Shown here: positions 37,311 through 47,230 of the stretch, piece after piece | How positions within the stretch are numbered: the first letter of the stretch is position 1 | How the letters are laid out: the number at the start of each line of letters is the position of its first letter | Source of the DNA: a virus | Direction: 5' to 3' (one strand) | Length of the DNA stretch: 64,000 nt | Virus record (IMG/VR): IMGVR_UViG_3300025131_000005 | Position numbers and translations under genes: made by a program | Notes under the pieces: generated by a model | The model's input: the letters and a program-made list of their open reading frames with translations, nothing else | What the model was told of the DNA's origin: nothing | Database searches by the model: none

Positions 37311-39908
37311 ATGGCTGCAAATGAAAAACCAAGTGTTGGTGTAAAAAGATGGCAAAATCAATGCTTCCTTATTGATGGGTGGAAAGAATTAGCTAAAAGA
37401 TATTGTACAAAAGAATATTCTAGTATAATTCCTATTTCTGTTCATGCTTCTGAGATAGTGTCTATCTTATCAGCAGAACCCGGCGCGGAAATATTTTTTA
37501 AGTTATCACCTGCTCAATTATCATTGTTAGAGCCCACAATAAGACTTTTTATAGTCGACCATGATATTGCCGGTGGTGTACACCAAGAGAGTGGTGCAAG
37601 AGAAATATTTTTTGATGATCATATGTACGAAGACAATATTGGAGAGATTTTATCATCCGGCAGGGGGAGAGGGAGAGCCGCAGGTATAAAGAGCTTTTCT
37701 TATACTTTTGATGGTGGCGATCCCGCAACAGTTGATAAATCCATTACAACTAGATTAAAAATGATTTTTACAGGTGTTGATGCTTTTACGAAACCACAAG
37801 AAAGTGGGGTTTCTTATGTCGATCTTGTACAGAGAGTTAGAAAAATGGTTCCATCCAACAAAGAAAGAGAGAATGCAGATTTGTCTAACCCAACTTCGTT
37901 TTGCCGAAAACCAAAAACCAAAGCTGAAAAGAAGAATTCGAGCCCTACAACACAAAATATTAATCCAAATTATCGTAGAATAAGGGCTCAAATTGGTTGG
38001 GCAATTCCTCCCGATAAAACAAACGAATTTGTAAATAGTTCATTTTTAAATAATAATAAGACATTAGATTTTAAATCTTTTACAAAATTACTTAAAAGAA
38101 TGCAATTAAATCTATTTCTAGAAATGACTAGTCATCAAATGGAGTTTCATAATGATGGTAAACTTGAATTATCAATTTCGTATAGAGGTAGTATCGAAAG
38201 TGATCTTCTCTCAGAAGAATCAAATTTATTTTTCGACATACAAAGACAGTTATTAGCACTTCAAAATCGTAAGTCGGAAAGAGTCGCCAATGTAGAAAAA
38301 GAAAGTATGATTGCGGCTGAAAAAGAAGTAGAACAGGTTAATAAAAAAATTAAAGGAAAAGATTTAATAAAGAAGAAAACTGAAATTGAAAAAGAAGCAC
38401 AAGCAAAAGTAGCTAAAAAGAAATCGGAAATCCAAGAGCAGTCACAAGCTCAAATGGATATGTTGAAGTATGAATTATATCAATCGTTTCTGGCGCGAAT
38501 TACAGATAATAATTTGGTCCAGTACGTAGATGTTCGCAAAGAAGACTTGATAGCATGGCAAGGAGAAGAATTGGCTGATAGCGCGACGAAAACAGACTAT
38601 GCTAAAAAAAGAAAAGCAGGTTCCGCTTCACGCACGACAGCAGATTCTATTTTAGCAAAAGCACATTTTGGTTCAGGCGCAGGCGGCGGCAATGCAGTAA
38701 CGGCAATGCAAAAAGGATTAAAAGATGCCGTAAAAGAAGATACTGCGAAAGCCGCCAAAAAAAAGATTCTAGAAACTAAAATTTCTACCCCTTCGAAGGG
38801 AGATGGCAAAGTCCCCAAAGGCCACAAAAGAATATATTATCTTTATTTTGGTGATCTTATTAATGTAGCTATGGATATTTTTGCTGAAAACGTGGACAAG
38901 ACTCAACGTCCTGTAAAAGTAAGAGCAATTATTTCTAATTTATCCTTTACAGATCCAGCAACGGGAGAAGATACAGAAGTTAATATCTGTGATCTACCTG
39001 TTTCGTTAGATGAATTTATTGTGTGGTATAAAAATAACGTCATTAGTCCTGGTGCGTCCACTTACCACGTCTTACCTTTTATAAAACATTTAATGACAAC
39101 TCTCATTGGTAATGCATTGGGTGCTAGTTGTTTTGACGAGGTGGGACGTTCCGTCGCGCAATTGGGGATAGAATATACCCAGCTGGCTATCCCCGGCCCA
39201 GGAAAAGAACCCATCCCAAAAAGTAATGGGTTATTTTCTAGAATTAGTAGCGTAGGGGACTTAAAAAAAATTGTTTCAAATTTTTCTCGGTCTGACCGGT
39301 CGGATCCCACTTCATATATTGATTACATAATTATTCATGCTTCCAATAACGCACCGGCAACCATGAGTCCTTCAAAAACTATAACGGGAAATGATGGGAT
39401 AACCCGTCTTGCTGATGATGTAAATGGTGTATACCATCTTGGTATAGGATTAGATAGAGGTATCGTCAAAGATATTAAATTTAAAGCTAATAAAATGAAG
39501 TATTCTGATGAAGCCAATATTGTTGAGAAAGGGCTCACAAATATTGGACAATTATTCACCAAATATGATGCTGATGTGACTTTGTGGGGGTGTCCGCTTT
39601 TTAAAACCGGGCAATATATTTACATTGATCCGAAAACAATGGGAGTCGACGCGCAGATGGCAGCACTTCTGGGCTTGGGGGGATATTATATGGTATACAG
39701 AGTTGAGGGAGATTTGTCATCAAGTGGGTATTTTGTAACGTTATCTTGCAAGTTTCAAGATAGTGGAATTTGTGCAGGTGCCGCTTCCCCTCGACAAATT
39801 AAGGCTGCTCCCAAAGAACAATCAGGTGCACAGCGGAATCAACCCAATAGTACACAAGCCCCTCCCAGTTCACTTATTCGCAAAATCGATGAAATGCCAT
39901 CTCGGTAG
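37311..39908 (+). CDS. Baseplate hub-like protein
   Basis: Large ORF in the baseplate block with C-terminal YDADVTLWGCPLFKTGQYIYIDP...LGLGGYY hub-like pattern. Confidence 0.6.
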   Translation: MAANEKPSVGVKRWQNQCFLIDGWKELAKRYCTKEYSSIIPISVHASEIVSILSAEPGAEIFFKLSPAQLSLLEPTIRLFIVDHDIAGGVHQESGAREIFFDDHMYEDNIGEILSSGRGRGRAAGIKSFSYTFDGGDPATVDKSITTRLKMIFTGVDAFTKPQESGVSYVDLVQRVRKMVPSNKERENADLSNPTSFCRKPKTKAEKKNSSPTTQNINPNYRRIRAQIGWAIPPDKTNEFVNSSFLNNNKTLDFKSFTKLLKRMQLNLFLEMTSHQMEFHNDGKLELSISYRGSIESDLLSEESNLFFDIQRQLLALQNRKSERVANVEKESMIAAEKEVEQVNKKIKGKDLIKKKTEIEKEAQAKVAKKKSEIQEQSQAQMDMLKYELYQSFLARITDNNLVQYVDVRKEDLIAWQGEELADSATKTDYAKKRKAGSASRTTADSILAKAHFGSGAGGGNAVTAMQKGLKDAVKEDTAKAAKKKILETKISTPSKGDGKVPKGHKRIYYLYFGDLINVAMDIFAENVDKTQRPVKVRAIISNLSFTDPATGEDTEVNICDLPVSLDEFIVWYKNNVISPGASTYHVLPFIKHLMTTLIGNALGASCFDEVGRSVAQLGIEYTQLAIPGPGKEPIPKSNGLFSRISSVGDLKKIVSNFSRSDRSDPTSYIDYIIIHASNNAPATMSPSKTITGNDGITRLADDVNGVYHLGIGLDRGIVKDIKFKANKMKYSDEANIVEKGLTNIGQLFTKYDADVTLWGCPLFKTGQYIYIDPKTMGVDAQMAALLGLGGYYMVYRVEGDLSSSGYFVTLSCKFQDSGICAGAASPRQIKAAPKEQSGAQRNQPNSTQAPPSSLIRKIDEMPSR

Positions 39909-39942
39909 TATTTTAAAAAGATTATTGGAGCCTATTTAATAT

Positions 39943-41364
39943 ATGGCGTTTCCAAAACCAAAACTACCTTATGCAGATAATGAAATGGATACTGTAGATC
40001 TATATTATCGCAGATCTTTGTATCGGGATAAAGTATTAGTAAAGGAGACAGGAGAATTGGAAAACGCTGTCTTAGACCTGTGGGGGGAAAGAAATTTATA
40101 TGGAAAAATTAATCATCGTGGTGATTTCATTATTCCCAAAGAAAATCTTCTTTCATTTCTGCAAACTAAAGATGGTGCAACACACCTTGCATTGGGATTC
40201 GTAGCTAAAGCTTTTAATGAATTAGTAGAGACTATAACAAAAGAAAGTATATATGGAAATAGTGAATTTTTTACTTCTCCTTATGTCAATTTTACGGTAA
40301 CTAATGGTTGGGAAAGCGTTTATGATAAATATCACCAGCATATGGGGTTTATATATAGCCAATTAGCAGAATATCTTAGTAGAAAGGATATTAATAATAA
40401 AATTAAAAATTTCGATAATTTTGTAGATCATTTTTTTCAATTTTATGATTTTTTAAAATCTTTGGGCGCGCCGCTTACATTGTCTGGATTCGTGGGAAGT
40501 CGTTTTTGCTCCACTCGCATCGGCGGCTTGGCAATTGAAATTAGTGATAAAAAATATTCCAATGACAAAATTAAATATAATGTTTTTGTTAATGATAATA
40601 ACTTTAAAATGTTTCAATTTTTTGCTTCCAATCATGGTTTTATAATTGATAAAAATATTCCATGGCGGATTGTTGCCAATCTCAATTCTTGCTATATGCA
40701 AAAGAAAATATCGGACGAAGAACTATATTATAGCTCAGTGGGAAGTATTGACGTATTAAAGGAATCCTATACTAAAATCTCTATTGATTATGATTTTTCG
40801 GGCACCGGACCTGGGACAGCCGATATTAATACGTCTCTTGAATTCCGTGCCTCTAGATTGGCTAATATATTTGATATTTATTATTTCAAGACATACGAGC
40901 TGGATATGAAATATTTGAAAACCTATCTTTATCAGATGTATCGAAGTTTCATTGGTGATTCGCCTTTTTATGAAGAGTATGAAAGTAGCCCCTGCAACGA
41001 CGATATCGTATCACAAGTAAGAAAACAGAGAAAAGCTCTTGACTTTGAGGCAGAAAGTGATTATACTGTTAAGGATTTCTGGTTGGGGCGTTATTTCATG
41101 TTAAGAATGAACGAGACAGATGCTAAATTTTCCAAAGCAGAAGTTAAATACATATTATTTAATGCTAAGAAGGTATATAATCTATATGGAGAATTAAAAT
41201 CACTGGATTTTTTGAATCGCAAGCTTAAGAAGCGACATAAGCACCTTTATGATATTAGGACGTCTGCTCCAATTCCGAAACGCAGCGAATGTCCTGATTA
41301 CACCCCCCCATTTACGGACTTGCCGCGTAATAATAATCCTGAAGATACTAATTCTTGTACATAA
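39943..41364 (+). CDS. Hypothetical protein (late, probably structural)
   Basis: 473 aa; ATG 4 nt after CCTATTTA. Confidence 0.65.
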   Translation: MAFPKPKLPYADNEMDTVDLYYRRSLYRDKVLVKETGELENAVLDLWGERNLYGKINHRGDFIIPKENLLSFLQTKDGATHLALGFVAKAFNELVETITKESIYGNSEFFTSPYVNFTVTNGWESVYDKYHQHMGFIYSQLAEYLSRKDINNKIKNFDNFVDHFFQFYDFLKSLGAPLTLSGFVGSRFCSTRIGGLAIEISDKKYSNDKIKYNVFVNDNNFKMFQFFASNHGFIIDKNIPWRIVANLNSCYMQKKISDEELYYSSVGSIDVLKESYTKISIDYDFSGTGPGTADINTSLEFRASRLANIFDIYYFKTYELDMKYLKTYLYQMYRSFIGDSPFYEEYESSPCNDDIVSQVRKQRKALDFEAESDYTVKDFWLGRYFMLRMNETDAKFSKAEVKYILFNAKKVYNLYGELKSLDFLNRKLKKRHKHLYDIRTSAPIPKRSECPDYTPPFTDLPRNNNPEDTNSCT

Positions 41365-41377
41365 AATTTGGGTTTTA

Positions 41378-42580
41378 ATGTCGAGAGAAAGTTCACATCT
41401 ATTTCAAGTAATTGATTTTAAAGAGAAATGTAAAAGTAAATTTTACCATGAAGAGACATTCAAGGATAATCTTGATATATTAGATGGTATAACTTGGAGA
41501 TACAATTCTCATATTGAATCTCCTCAAAAATATGACTATGCTTATATTTGGTCCGGAGGCCAAACTTTGTTAGAGGGTTGTCCGGACGAATATAAAGAGT
41601 ATTTTTCATCTTTAATTTCGCGACTTCGTTCATTTTATATATCCTTTAGAGAAGCAAAATTAGACGAACAAGATCTGTGTTTTTATGACACTATCCCTCT
41701 TAAATTTATCAGAGACTGGTGTGACGCCGAAAATATTATCTGTGCCCATACAACTAAAACAAAAAAACCCTATGATTATGAGTTTCAAAAGAATTTATCT
41801 TTTTTGATTGAGGAAATAAAAAATAGAGATCTGAATATTGATTGGAGTAATCTCAGTAAGACAAGCAAGAAGATATCTTCTCTTCTCAAAGTTAAGGATA
41901 AAAATAAAACTAAGATTTCCTATAATCAGTATGGTACCGTAACCGGTCGTCTTTCTACCAATCCGAACTCTTTTCCGATGTTAACTCTAGACAAGGCGAA
42001 TCGCTCAATTATCAAGCCAACAAACGATCTATTGGTTGAGCTGGATTACAATTCAGCCGAATTACGCACGGTGTTGGCTCTTGCCGAAAAGGAACAACCT
42101 GACGTTGATATTCATTCCTGGATTAATGCTGAGATATATAAAAACAAATATGAGAGACGTGAGGTCAAAGAAAAAGTATTTGCTTGGCTCTATAATCCCA
42201 ATGCTAAAAATAAAGGGTTGAATTCTCTCTTTGATCGTGATAGAATACTACAAAAGTATTATTGCTTCGAATTAACTACGCCTTTTAAAAGGATTATTGA
42301 AGTAGATGATAGAAAGGCTTTTAATTATTTGATACAAAGTACAACAAGCGATATTGTTTTAAGACAGACTCTAAAAATAAGAGAACTTCTAAAGAATACA
42401 GAATCTTGTATCTCTTATATCATACACGATAGCATCGTTTTAGATATTAGTAAGGAACAGCAGCCATTATTAAATGATATCATCAAAACATTTTCAGATA
42501 CTGAATTCGGGGAATACAAAGTTAACGTTTCAATGGGAAAAGATTACGGAAATATGAAGAGGGTGGAATGTCGACGATAA
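41378..42580 (+). CDS. polA: Compact family A DNA polymerase-like protein without exonuclease domains
   Basis: TVTGRLST..P, motif A ELDYNSAELR, YLIQSTTSD, motif C IHDS. Likely start ATG 41378. Confidence 0.8.
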   Translation: MSRESSHLFQVIDFKEKCKSKFYHEETFKDNLDILDGITWRYNSHIESPQKYDYAYIWSGGQTLLEGCPDEYKEYFSSLISRLRSFYISFREAKLDEQDLCFYDTIPLKFIRDWCDAENIICAHTTKTKKPYDYEFQKNLSFLIEEIKNRDLNIDWSNLSKTSKKISSLLKVKDKNKTKISYNQYGTVTGRLSTNPNSFPMLTLDKANRSIIKPTNDLLVELDYNSAELRTVLALAEKEQPDVDIHSWINAEIYKNKYERREVKEKVFAWLYNPNAKNKGLNSLFDRDRILQKYYCFELTTPFKRIIEVDDRKAFNYLIQSTTSDIVLRQTLKIRELLKNTESCISYIIHDSIVLDISKEQQPLLNDIIKTFSDTEFGEYKVNVSMGKDYGNMKRVECRR

Positions 42581-43431
42581 TTGGATTAGGCGGCGGCGGC
42601 TGTGCCGTAGCGGAAAAATTCTTATTTTATCCGCAGTATAGTGTTTATCTTATCGATACCGAAAAACATCCACATAAGCATTCTTTTCTCGTCGAGGCTC
42701 AGAATTCTCATCAGGCTTATGAGGAAAGCTTTCCCAATGTTCAAGAATTTCTAGAACGAACAAAGCCCCCTTACGCTGTTTTTGTTGGTGGCTCGGGTGC
42801 CATATCGGGAGCTATTTTGAGGCTCCTAGAACAAATCAAGTCCAAAGATATCGATCTCGTATATATAAAACCAGATGTTGATCTATTATCTGATTTGAGA
42901 CAGAAACAAGAGCGTCTTACATTTCATGTTCTTCAGCAGTATACTAGGAGTGTGTTGATTAAAAATATGTTCATTGTTTCTAATGACAATTGCGAAAAAT
43001 TAATTGGGGATTTGACCATCAGAAATTTTTATGATAAAATCAACGATTTAATTAGTTCAACATATCATATGTATAATGTTTTCACTAACATCGAGCCGAT
43101 AATGCAGACTCTATCGGAACCCTTAGAGATTGCCAGAATTGCAACGTTGGGATTTGTAGATGAGAAAGGAAATGAGAATCTTTTATATGACCTTCAGTTC
43201 CCCCGCGAAAAACATTATTACTATTCCATACACGCAGAAAATCTTGAAAACGATACGAAGCTTTTATCTCGCATTAAAAGTGAAATTCGTTCGAGGTTAG
43301 ATGGCAAAACAAGAGTTTCTTACTCTATTTTTCAGAACGACTATGGTCAGGACTATATCTATTCAGTTCATTTTGCTTCTTTGATCCAAGAAGAAAAATA
43401 TGATTTTTCTCTTGACAATGAGGGTATTTGA
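42568..43431 (+). CDS. Divergent tubulin/FtsZ-family protein (PhuZ/TubZ-like)
   Basis: IIGLGGGGC (T1), IDT, GGSGAISG (degenerate T4 signature), YIKPD, VSNDN. Confidence 0.8.
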   Translation: MSTIIGLGGGGCAVAEKFLFYPQYSVYLIDTEKHPHKHSFLVEAQNSHQAYEESFPNVQEFLERTKPPYAVFVGGSGAISGAILRLLEQIKSKDIDLVYIKPDVDLLSDLRQKQERLTFHVLQQYTRSVLIKNMFIVSNDNCEKLIGDLTIRNFYDKINDLISSTYHMYNVFTNIEPIMQTLSEPLEIARIATLGFVDEKGNENLLYDLQFPREKHYYYSIHAENLENDTKLLSRIKSEIRSRLDGKTRVSYSIFQNDYGQDYIYSVHFASLIQEEKYDFSLDNEGI

Positions 43432-43440
43432 TACTATAGT
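43412..43440 (+). promoter_or_regulatory. sigma70-type promoter for ssb
   Basis: TTGACA (43412-17), 17 nt spacer, TATAGT (43435-40). Confidence 0.75.
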
Positions 43441-43498
43441 ATTGTTTAGCAGTTCGAGAGATTATTCGAATTGACTATACCTAAAAAGGAGAATTATA

Positions 43499-44245
43499 AT
43501 GGGTATTGATTTAGATAAAATGCGTGAAAAGTTAGATTCGGTTGAAAACCGTGGTGGGAAGAAGAACGCCTTCTGGCGTCCAGATGATGGCGAAACTGTC
43601 ATTCGACTTCTACCAACGTCAGATGGTGATCCCTTCAAGGAATTTTGGTTCCACTATAATGTAGGGGAAAATCCTGGTTTTCTGAGTCCCAAGAGAAATT
43701 TTGGAGAGGATGATGCGTTGGATAGCCTTGTTCGCAATTTATATCGCGAAGGTGGTGATGATAACATTCGTTTGGCCAAGAAGCTTGGAGCACGTCAGCG
43801 CTTCTTCACACCCGTCATTATACGTGGTAAGGAAGACGAAGGTGTCAAGATTTGGGGTTATGGTAAGATGGCTTATAAAGAGCTGTTAAACCTAGTATTA
43901 AACCCTGAGTATGGGGATATTACTGACCCATCTGAAGGAACTGATTTGGTCATTCAATATGGCAAACCAGTAGGGGCTCAATTCCCACAGACTTCCATTA
44001 CGCCACGTCGCAAGACGAGCCTTCTTTCTAAGGACGAGAATCAAACCCATGAGTGGCTTGATTCAATTCCAGAGATTTCGGAGCTTTTTGATCGCAAGAC
44101 TCCTCAAGATGTTCAATCAATGTTGGACGAGTTTTTGCTTACTCAAGAAGATGCCGAAGGGGTTTCGAAGGAGTCGGAGCGCTACGTTGCCAAAACAGAA
44201 GGATCTGATGTCGATAAGGCATTCAGCGAGCTTCTGAACGGGTAA
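43499..44245 (+). CDS. Single-stranded DNA-binding protein (T4 gp32-like)
   Basis: FWRP..GETVIRLLP, F.EFWFHY, IWGYGK, DITDP..GTDL, acidic C-terminus. Confidence 0.88.
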   Translation: MGIDLDKMREKLDSVENRGGKKNAFWRPDDGETVIRLLPTSDGDPFKEFWFHYNVGENPGFLSPKRNFGEDDALDSLVRNLYREGGDDNIRLAKKLGARQRFFTPVIIRGKEDEGVKIWGYGKMAYKELLNLVLNPEYGDITDPSEGTDLVIQYGKPVGAQFPQTSITPRRKTSLLSKDENQTHEWLDSIPEISELFDRKTPQDVQSMLDEFLLTQEDAEGVSKESERYVAKTEGSDVDKAFSELLNG

Positions 44246-44265
44246 CTGATACCCTCAACCGCAGG

Positions 44266-44298
44266 GAGGCACGGGTTTACAGGTGCCTCAATTTTTTT
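44266..44298 (+). terminator. Intrinsic terminator after ssb
   Basis: gaggcac/gtgcctc stem, 10-nt loop, T7 tract. Confidence 0.75.
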
Positions 44299-44319
44299 AA
44301 AAATAATTAAAAAAAATAT

Positions 44320-44347
44320 TTTACATTTTCGAAAATGTTGGTATAAT
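44320..44347 (+). promoter_or_regulatory. sigma70-type (extended -10) promoter
   Basis: TTTACA, 16 nt spacer, TGgTATAAT (TATAAT at 44342-47). Confidence 0.7.
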
Positions 44348-44463
44348 ATAGATAATACCCGATAGTGGTCGAGGGTTAAAAAAAGATCACATTTAGAATA
44401 AAGGTGCACGTGCTACGGCAAACGCACCTTCCATGAAATGGCTATGGCCAAAGGAGAAGTATA

Positions 44464-45555
44464 ATGGAGATTCTTAAGAAAGCGAATACTGGCGCTACTA
44501 CCAGTGGTAAGAAGGCTAAGAAGGCTAAGAGCAATGTGAGAGTTCGAAAGGGCTTCAATAATAAAGGAACGATTGATCTCAATCAACTTCCCCCCTGCCA
44601 AATGAAATTTCAAGACGCGACGTTTTCACATTTCGAATGGCTAGAATTGCAATCAATTGATTTCAATTCTTCCAACTGGAAGAACATTGGTATCCGAGAC
44701 GATAAAGATTATCAATCCCGTCGTGAGAGCTTTCAAGTCGCTTTCAGGCTGAATGGTTATGATATGACGGAATTTCCTCCGTGTATCTGTACCAATGGAG
44801 AGCCGATAGAAGGTCGTACTCGCATCGCCGCAGCGCAAAAGAACGGAGAAAAATGGATGCCCGTTGCAATATACACTCGCACCAAAACAGGTTTGCGCAA
44901 TACTATAACAAACGGGCTGCGAGCTAACCAGAAGAAGCCACAATACAATTCTACTTTTGGTAATTTCGTCGCGTCAGGTGTTGAACTGATTCAAAAGGGT
45001 GTGCTTGCGAACACCGAGACAGCTGTTGATGATTGGCTCTATCATGACGTTGATATTAACCGCTCGTATGACAACCAGATCAACGGGATGGTTACAAAAA
45101 TCCGTAACGCAATTTTAAGTCGAAGCCGCCAGGGTCAAGGGTTGATCTGGCATATGACGAAGGCAGAAGCGGAGAAATGGATTTTGACAAGTCTCGGGCT
45201 AACCAAAGGCTCCTACGTTCTGGTCAATACGTCTGACAACAGTGGGGAGACCTATGCTGAACGCGCATGGCGACATGTCCGTGATGCTCTGAAGAACAAT
45301 CGCGCACCTGTGAGATTGATCTTTTACACCACTGATGATGATTCGGTGCTAGCCCGCGCTGGACTCAAGAAGTCTATGCAACATATAGAGAATTTATATG
45401 TTGATGCCTGGGAAGTAGTTAAGAGTCAGTTGCCGGCAGGAATTTCTCTCACAATCCCCACGGTACGACCCTTTATTTTCGAAGGCGCATTACCTCAGAT
45501 TATCCAGGCTCACCCTATCAATGGCTATAACTTGGTCCCGGTTAATAAGTACTAA
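44464..45555 (+). CDS. Hypothetical protein with possible ParB/Srx-like N-terminal domain
   Basis: PPCICTNGEPIEGRTRIAAA resembles the ParB P(I)...DG..R motif. AGGAG RBS. Confidence 0.6.
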   Translation: MEILKKANTGATTSGKKAKKAKSNVRVRKGFNNKGTIDLNQLPPCQMKFQDATFSHFEWLELQSIDFNSSNWKNIGIRDDKDYQSRRESFQVAFRLNGYDMTEFPPCICTNGEPIEGRTRIAAAQKNGEKWMPVAIYTRTKTGLRNTITNGLRANQKKPQYNSTFGNFVASGVELIQKGVLANTETAVDDWLYHDVDINRSYDNQINGMVTKIRNAILSRSRQGQGLIWHMTKAEAEKWILTSLGLTKGSYVLVNTSDNSGETYAERAWRHVRDALKNNRAPVRLIFYTTDDDSVLARAGLKKSMQHIENLYVDAWEVVKSQLPAGISLTIPTVRPFIFEGALPQIIQAHPINGYNLVPVNKY

Positions 45556-46442
45556 TGAGGTCTCCATTACGCTACCCTGGTGGCAAAACTCGTGCTGTAA
45601 AGCATATTTTGCCCCATATCCCAGATTGTGGGGAGCTTTGCGCCCCCTTTCTGGGGGGTGGCTCTCTTGAGTTGGCCATCGCTGCAAGAGGAACAAAGGT
45701 GTACGGTTACGACGACTTTGAACCTCTTATTTGGTTTTGGAAGGCTCTTCTAGAATCTCCCGAAGAGCTAGCAGATGAAGCCGATAAACTAAGAAAAGAG
45801 GACGAAGCTTATCCTCTGATAGAAGAAATAGAAGAAGAGAATAAGAATGGCGAGCTGGTAGTGAAACGCCGCTACGAAAGAGGACTTCCAAAGAAGAAAT
45901 TTAAAAAACTCCGAGACGAGTTGCGAGGTCAAACAACGTTTTCTCTGAAGAACGCTGCTAATTTTTATGCTATTAATCGCAGCAGCTTTTCAGGTGCCAC
46001 ATTCAGTGGAGGCTGGTCTAAGAAAGCATCGTATGCCAGATTCACTGATTCTTCTATTGAGAGGATAAGGGACTTTAAAGAGCCAAATTTGGTTGTTGAA
46101 CATGCAGATTTTAAAGATTCTATCTTGACACATCCAAATGCGTTCTTATACTTAGATCCTCCATACATGCTCTCTGAAAGAGAACGTGAAAAATTGTATG
46201 GAGATAAAGGAAATAAACACAAAGACTTTGATCACGAGGGACTTTTTGAGTTGTTGAAAGAGAGGAGCAAATGGGTATTATCTTATAGTGGAGATGTAGC
46301 AACCATAGAAGAGATGTACAAGGACTTTGACATAATTGACATGAGCGGAAAGTGGTCTTATGGGATGAAAAACGTTCAATCAAAAGAAATAAAAGAAAAG
46401 AAAGAAATGGGCAAGAGTTCAGAAATACTAATTATAGGGTAA
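45555..46442 (+). CDS. dam: DNA adenine methyltransferase (D12/Dam class)
   Basis: SPLRYPGGK, APFLGGGS, FYAINRSSFSG, YLDPPY. Confidence 0.93.
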   Translation: MRSPLRYPGGKTRAVKHILPHIPDCGELCAPFLGGGSLELAIAARGTKVYGYDDFEPLIWFWKALLESPEELADEADKLRKEDEAYPLIEEIEEENKNGELVVKRRYERGLPKKKFKKLRDELRGQTTFSLKNAANFYAINRSSFSGATFSGGWSKKASYARFTDSSIERIRDFKEPNLVVEHADFKDSILTHPNAFLYLDPPYMLSEREREKLYGDKGNKHKDFDHEGLFELLKERSKWVLSYSGDVATIEEMYKDFDIIDMSGKWSYGMKNVQSKEIKEKKEMGKSSEILIIG

Positions 46443-47188
46443 TGAATATGAAACCGATATTAAAGAATTGGCGAAAATATTTAAAGGAAATAAATGTCGC
46501 CGTAAAGGGTATAAAATACGAATCTACAATTGCTGCGGCGATGAATTCATTTTTCGAGAATAATTCGCTTGAGTACACAGCATCAGCCACAGGCGGTGCT
46601 GGTAAGGGAAGCGATGTTGAAGTTAAAGATTATAATGGCAACATAGTTCATACTTATGAGGTTAAAACTAGCAAAGGAACAAGAGTAGATTTTGGACAGT
46701 TCAGGGTTTCGTATGATTTAAGTACCGGCTGGACTCAAGCAACAGGATTAGATAATGATGTGGTTAAAGCTATTTTTCAAGAAGTAGAAAGCACACTAGA
46801 CAGTGAAGTTAGTCCAAAAATTGTTCCGTTCCCGGAGGGACCACGGTTAACATCTGATTCTGCAGCAATGTTTTGGGAATCTTACGTGGGACGCCCCAGA
46901 GAAAAGAGCTTAAGTGGAAATATTACTACGATTCCGGTATCTAAAGATTTAATTCAGCGTTATTACAGTGAAAAAGGTGACAATTTTATTATTCTTGGTG
47001 ATGATATTTATTCTTTGTCGGATAATATATTACCCTCACTATCGGAAGCGCTGCGAGAGAGCTATGTCGTTTTTAGAATAAAATATCATAGTAAAAATAA
47101 ATACTCGTATACGTTAGCACTCCGAGGCAAGTTTATAGACACGAAGGAAACAGATTTTGGTACAGCAATGAAGAAAATTTATTTCTAG
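46442..47188 (+). CDS. Putative PD-(D/E)xK nuclease with N-terminal MKPILKNWRKYLKE leader
   Basis: GSDVEV...YEVKTS catalytic-like pattern. Start ATG 46442 or 46448; ACTAATTA at 46427-34. Confidence 0.55.
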   Translation: MNMKPILKNWRKYLKEINVAVKGIKYESTIAAAMNSFFENNSLEYTASATGGAGKGSDVEVKDYNGNIVHTYEVKTSKGTRVDFGQFRVSYDLSTGWTQATGLDNDVVKAIFQEVESTLDSEVSPKIVPFPEGPRLTSDSAAMFWESYVGRPREKSLSGNITTIPVSKDLIQRYYSEKGDNFIILGDDIYSLSDNILPSLSEALRESYVVFRIKYHSKNKYSYTLALRGKFIDTKETDFGTAMKKIYF

Positions 47189-47200
47189 AATAAGAATTTC

Positions 47201-47230
47201 TTGACATCCAAGACAACGTTATTATATTAT
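47201..47230 (+). promoter_or_regulatory. sigma70-type promoter for recA
   Basis: TTGACA (47201-06) with TATATT/TATTAT 16-18 nt downstream. Confidence 0.7.
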
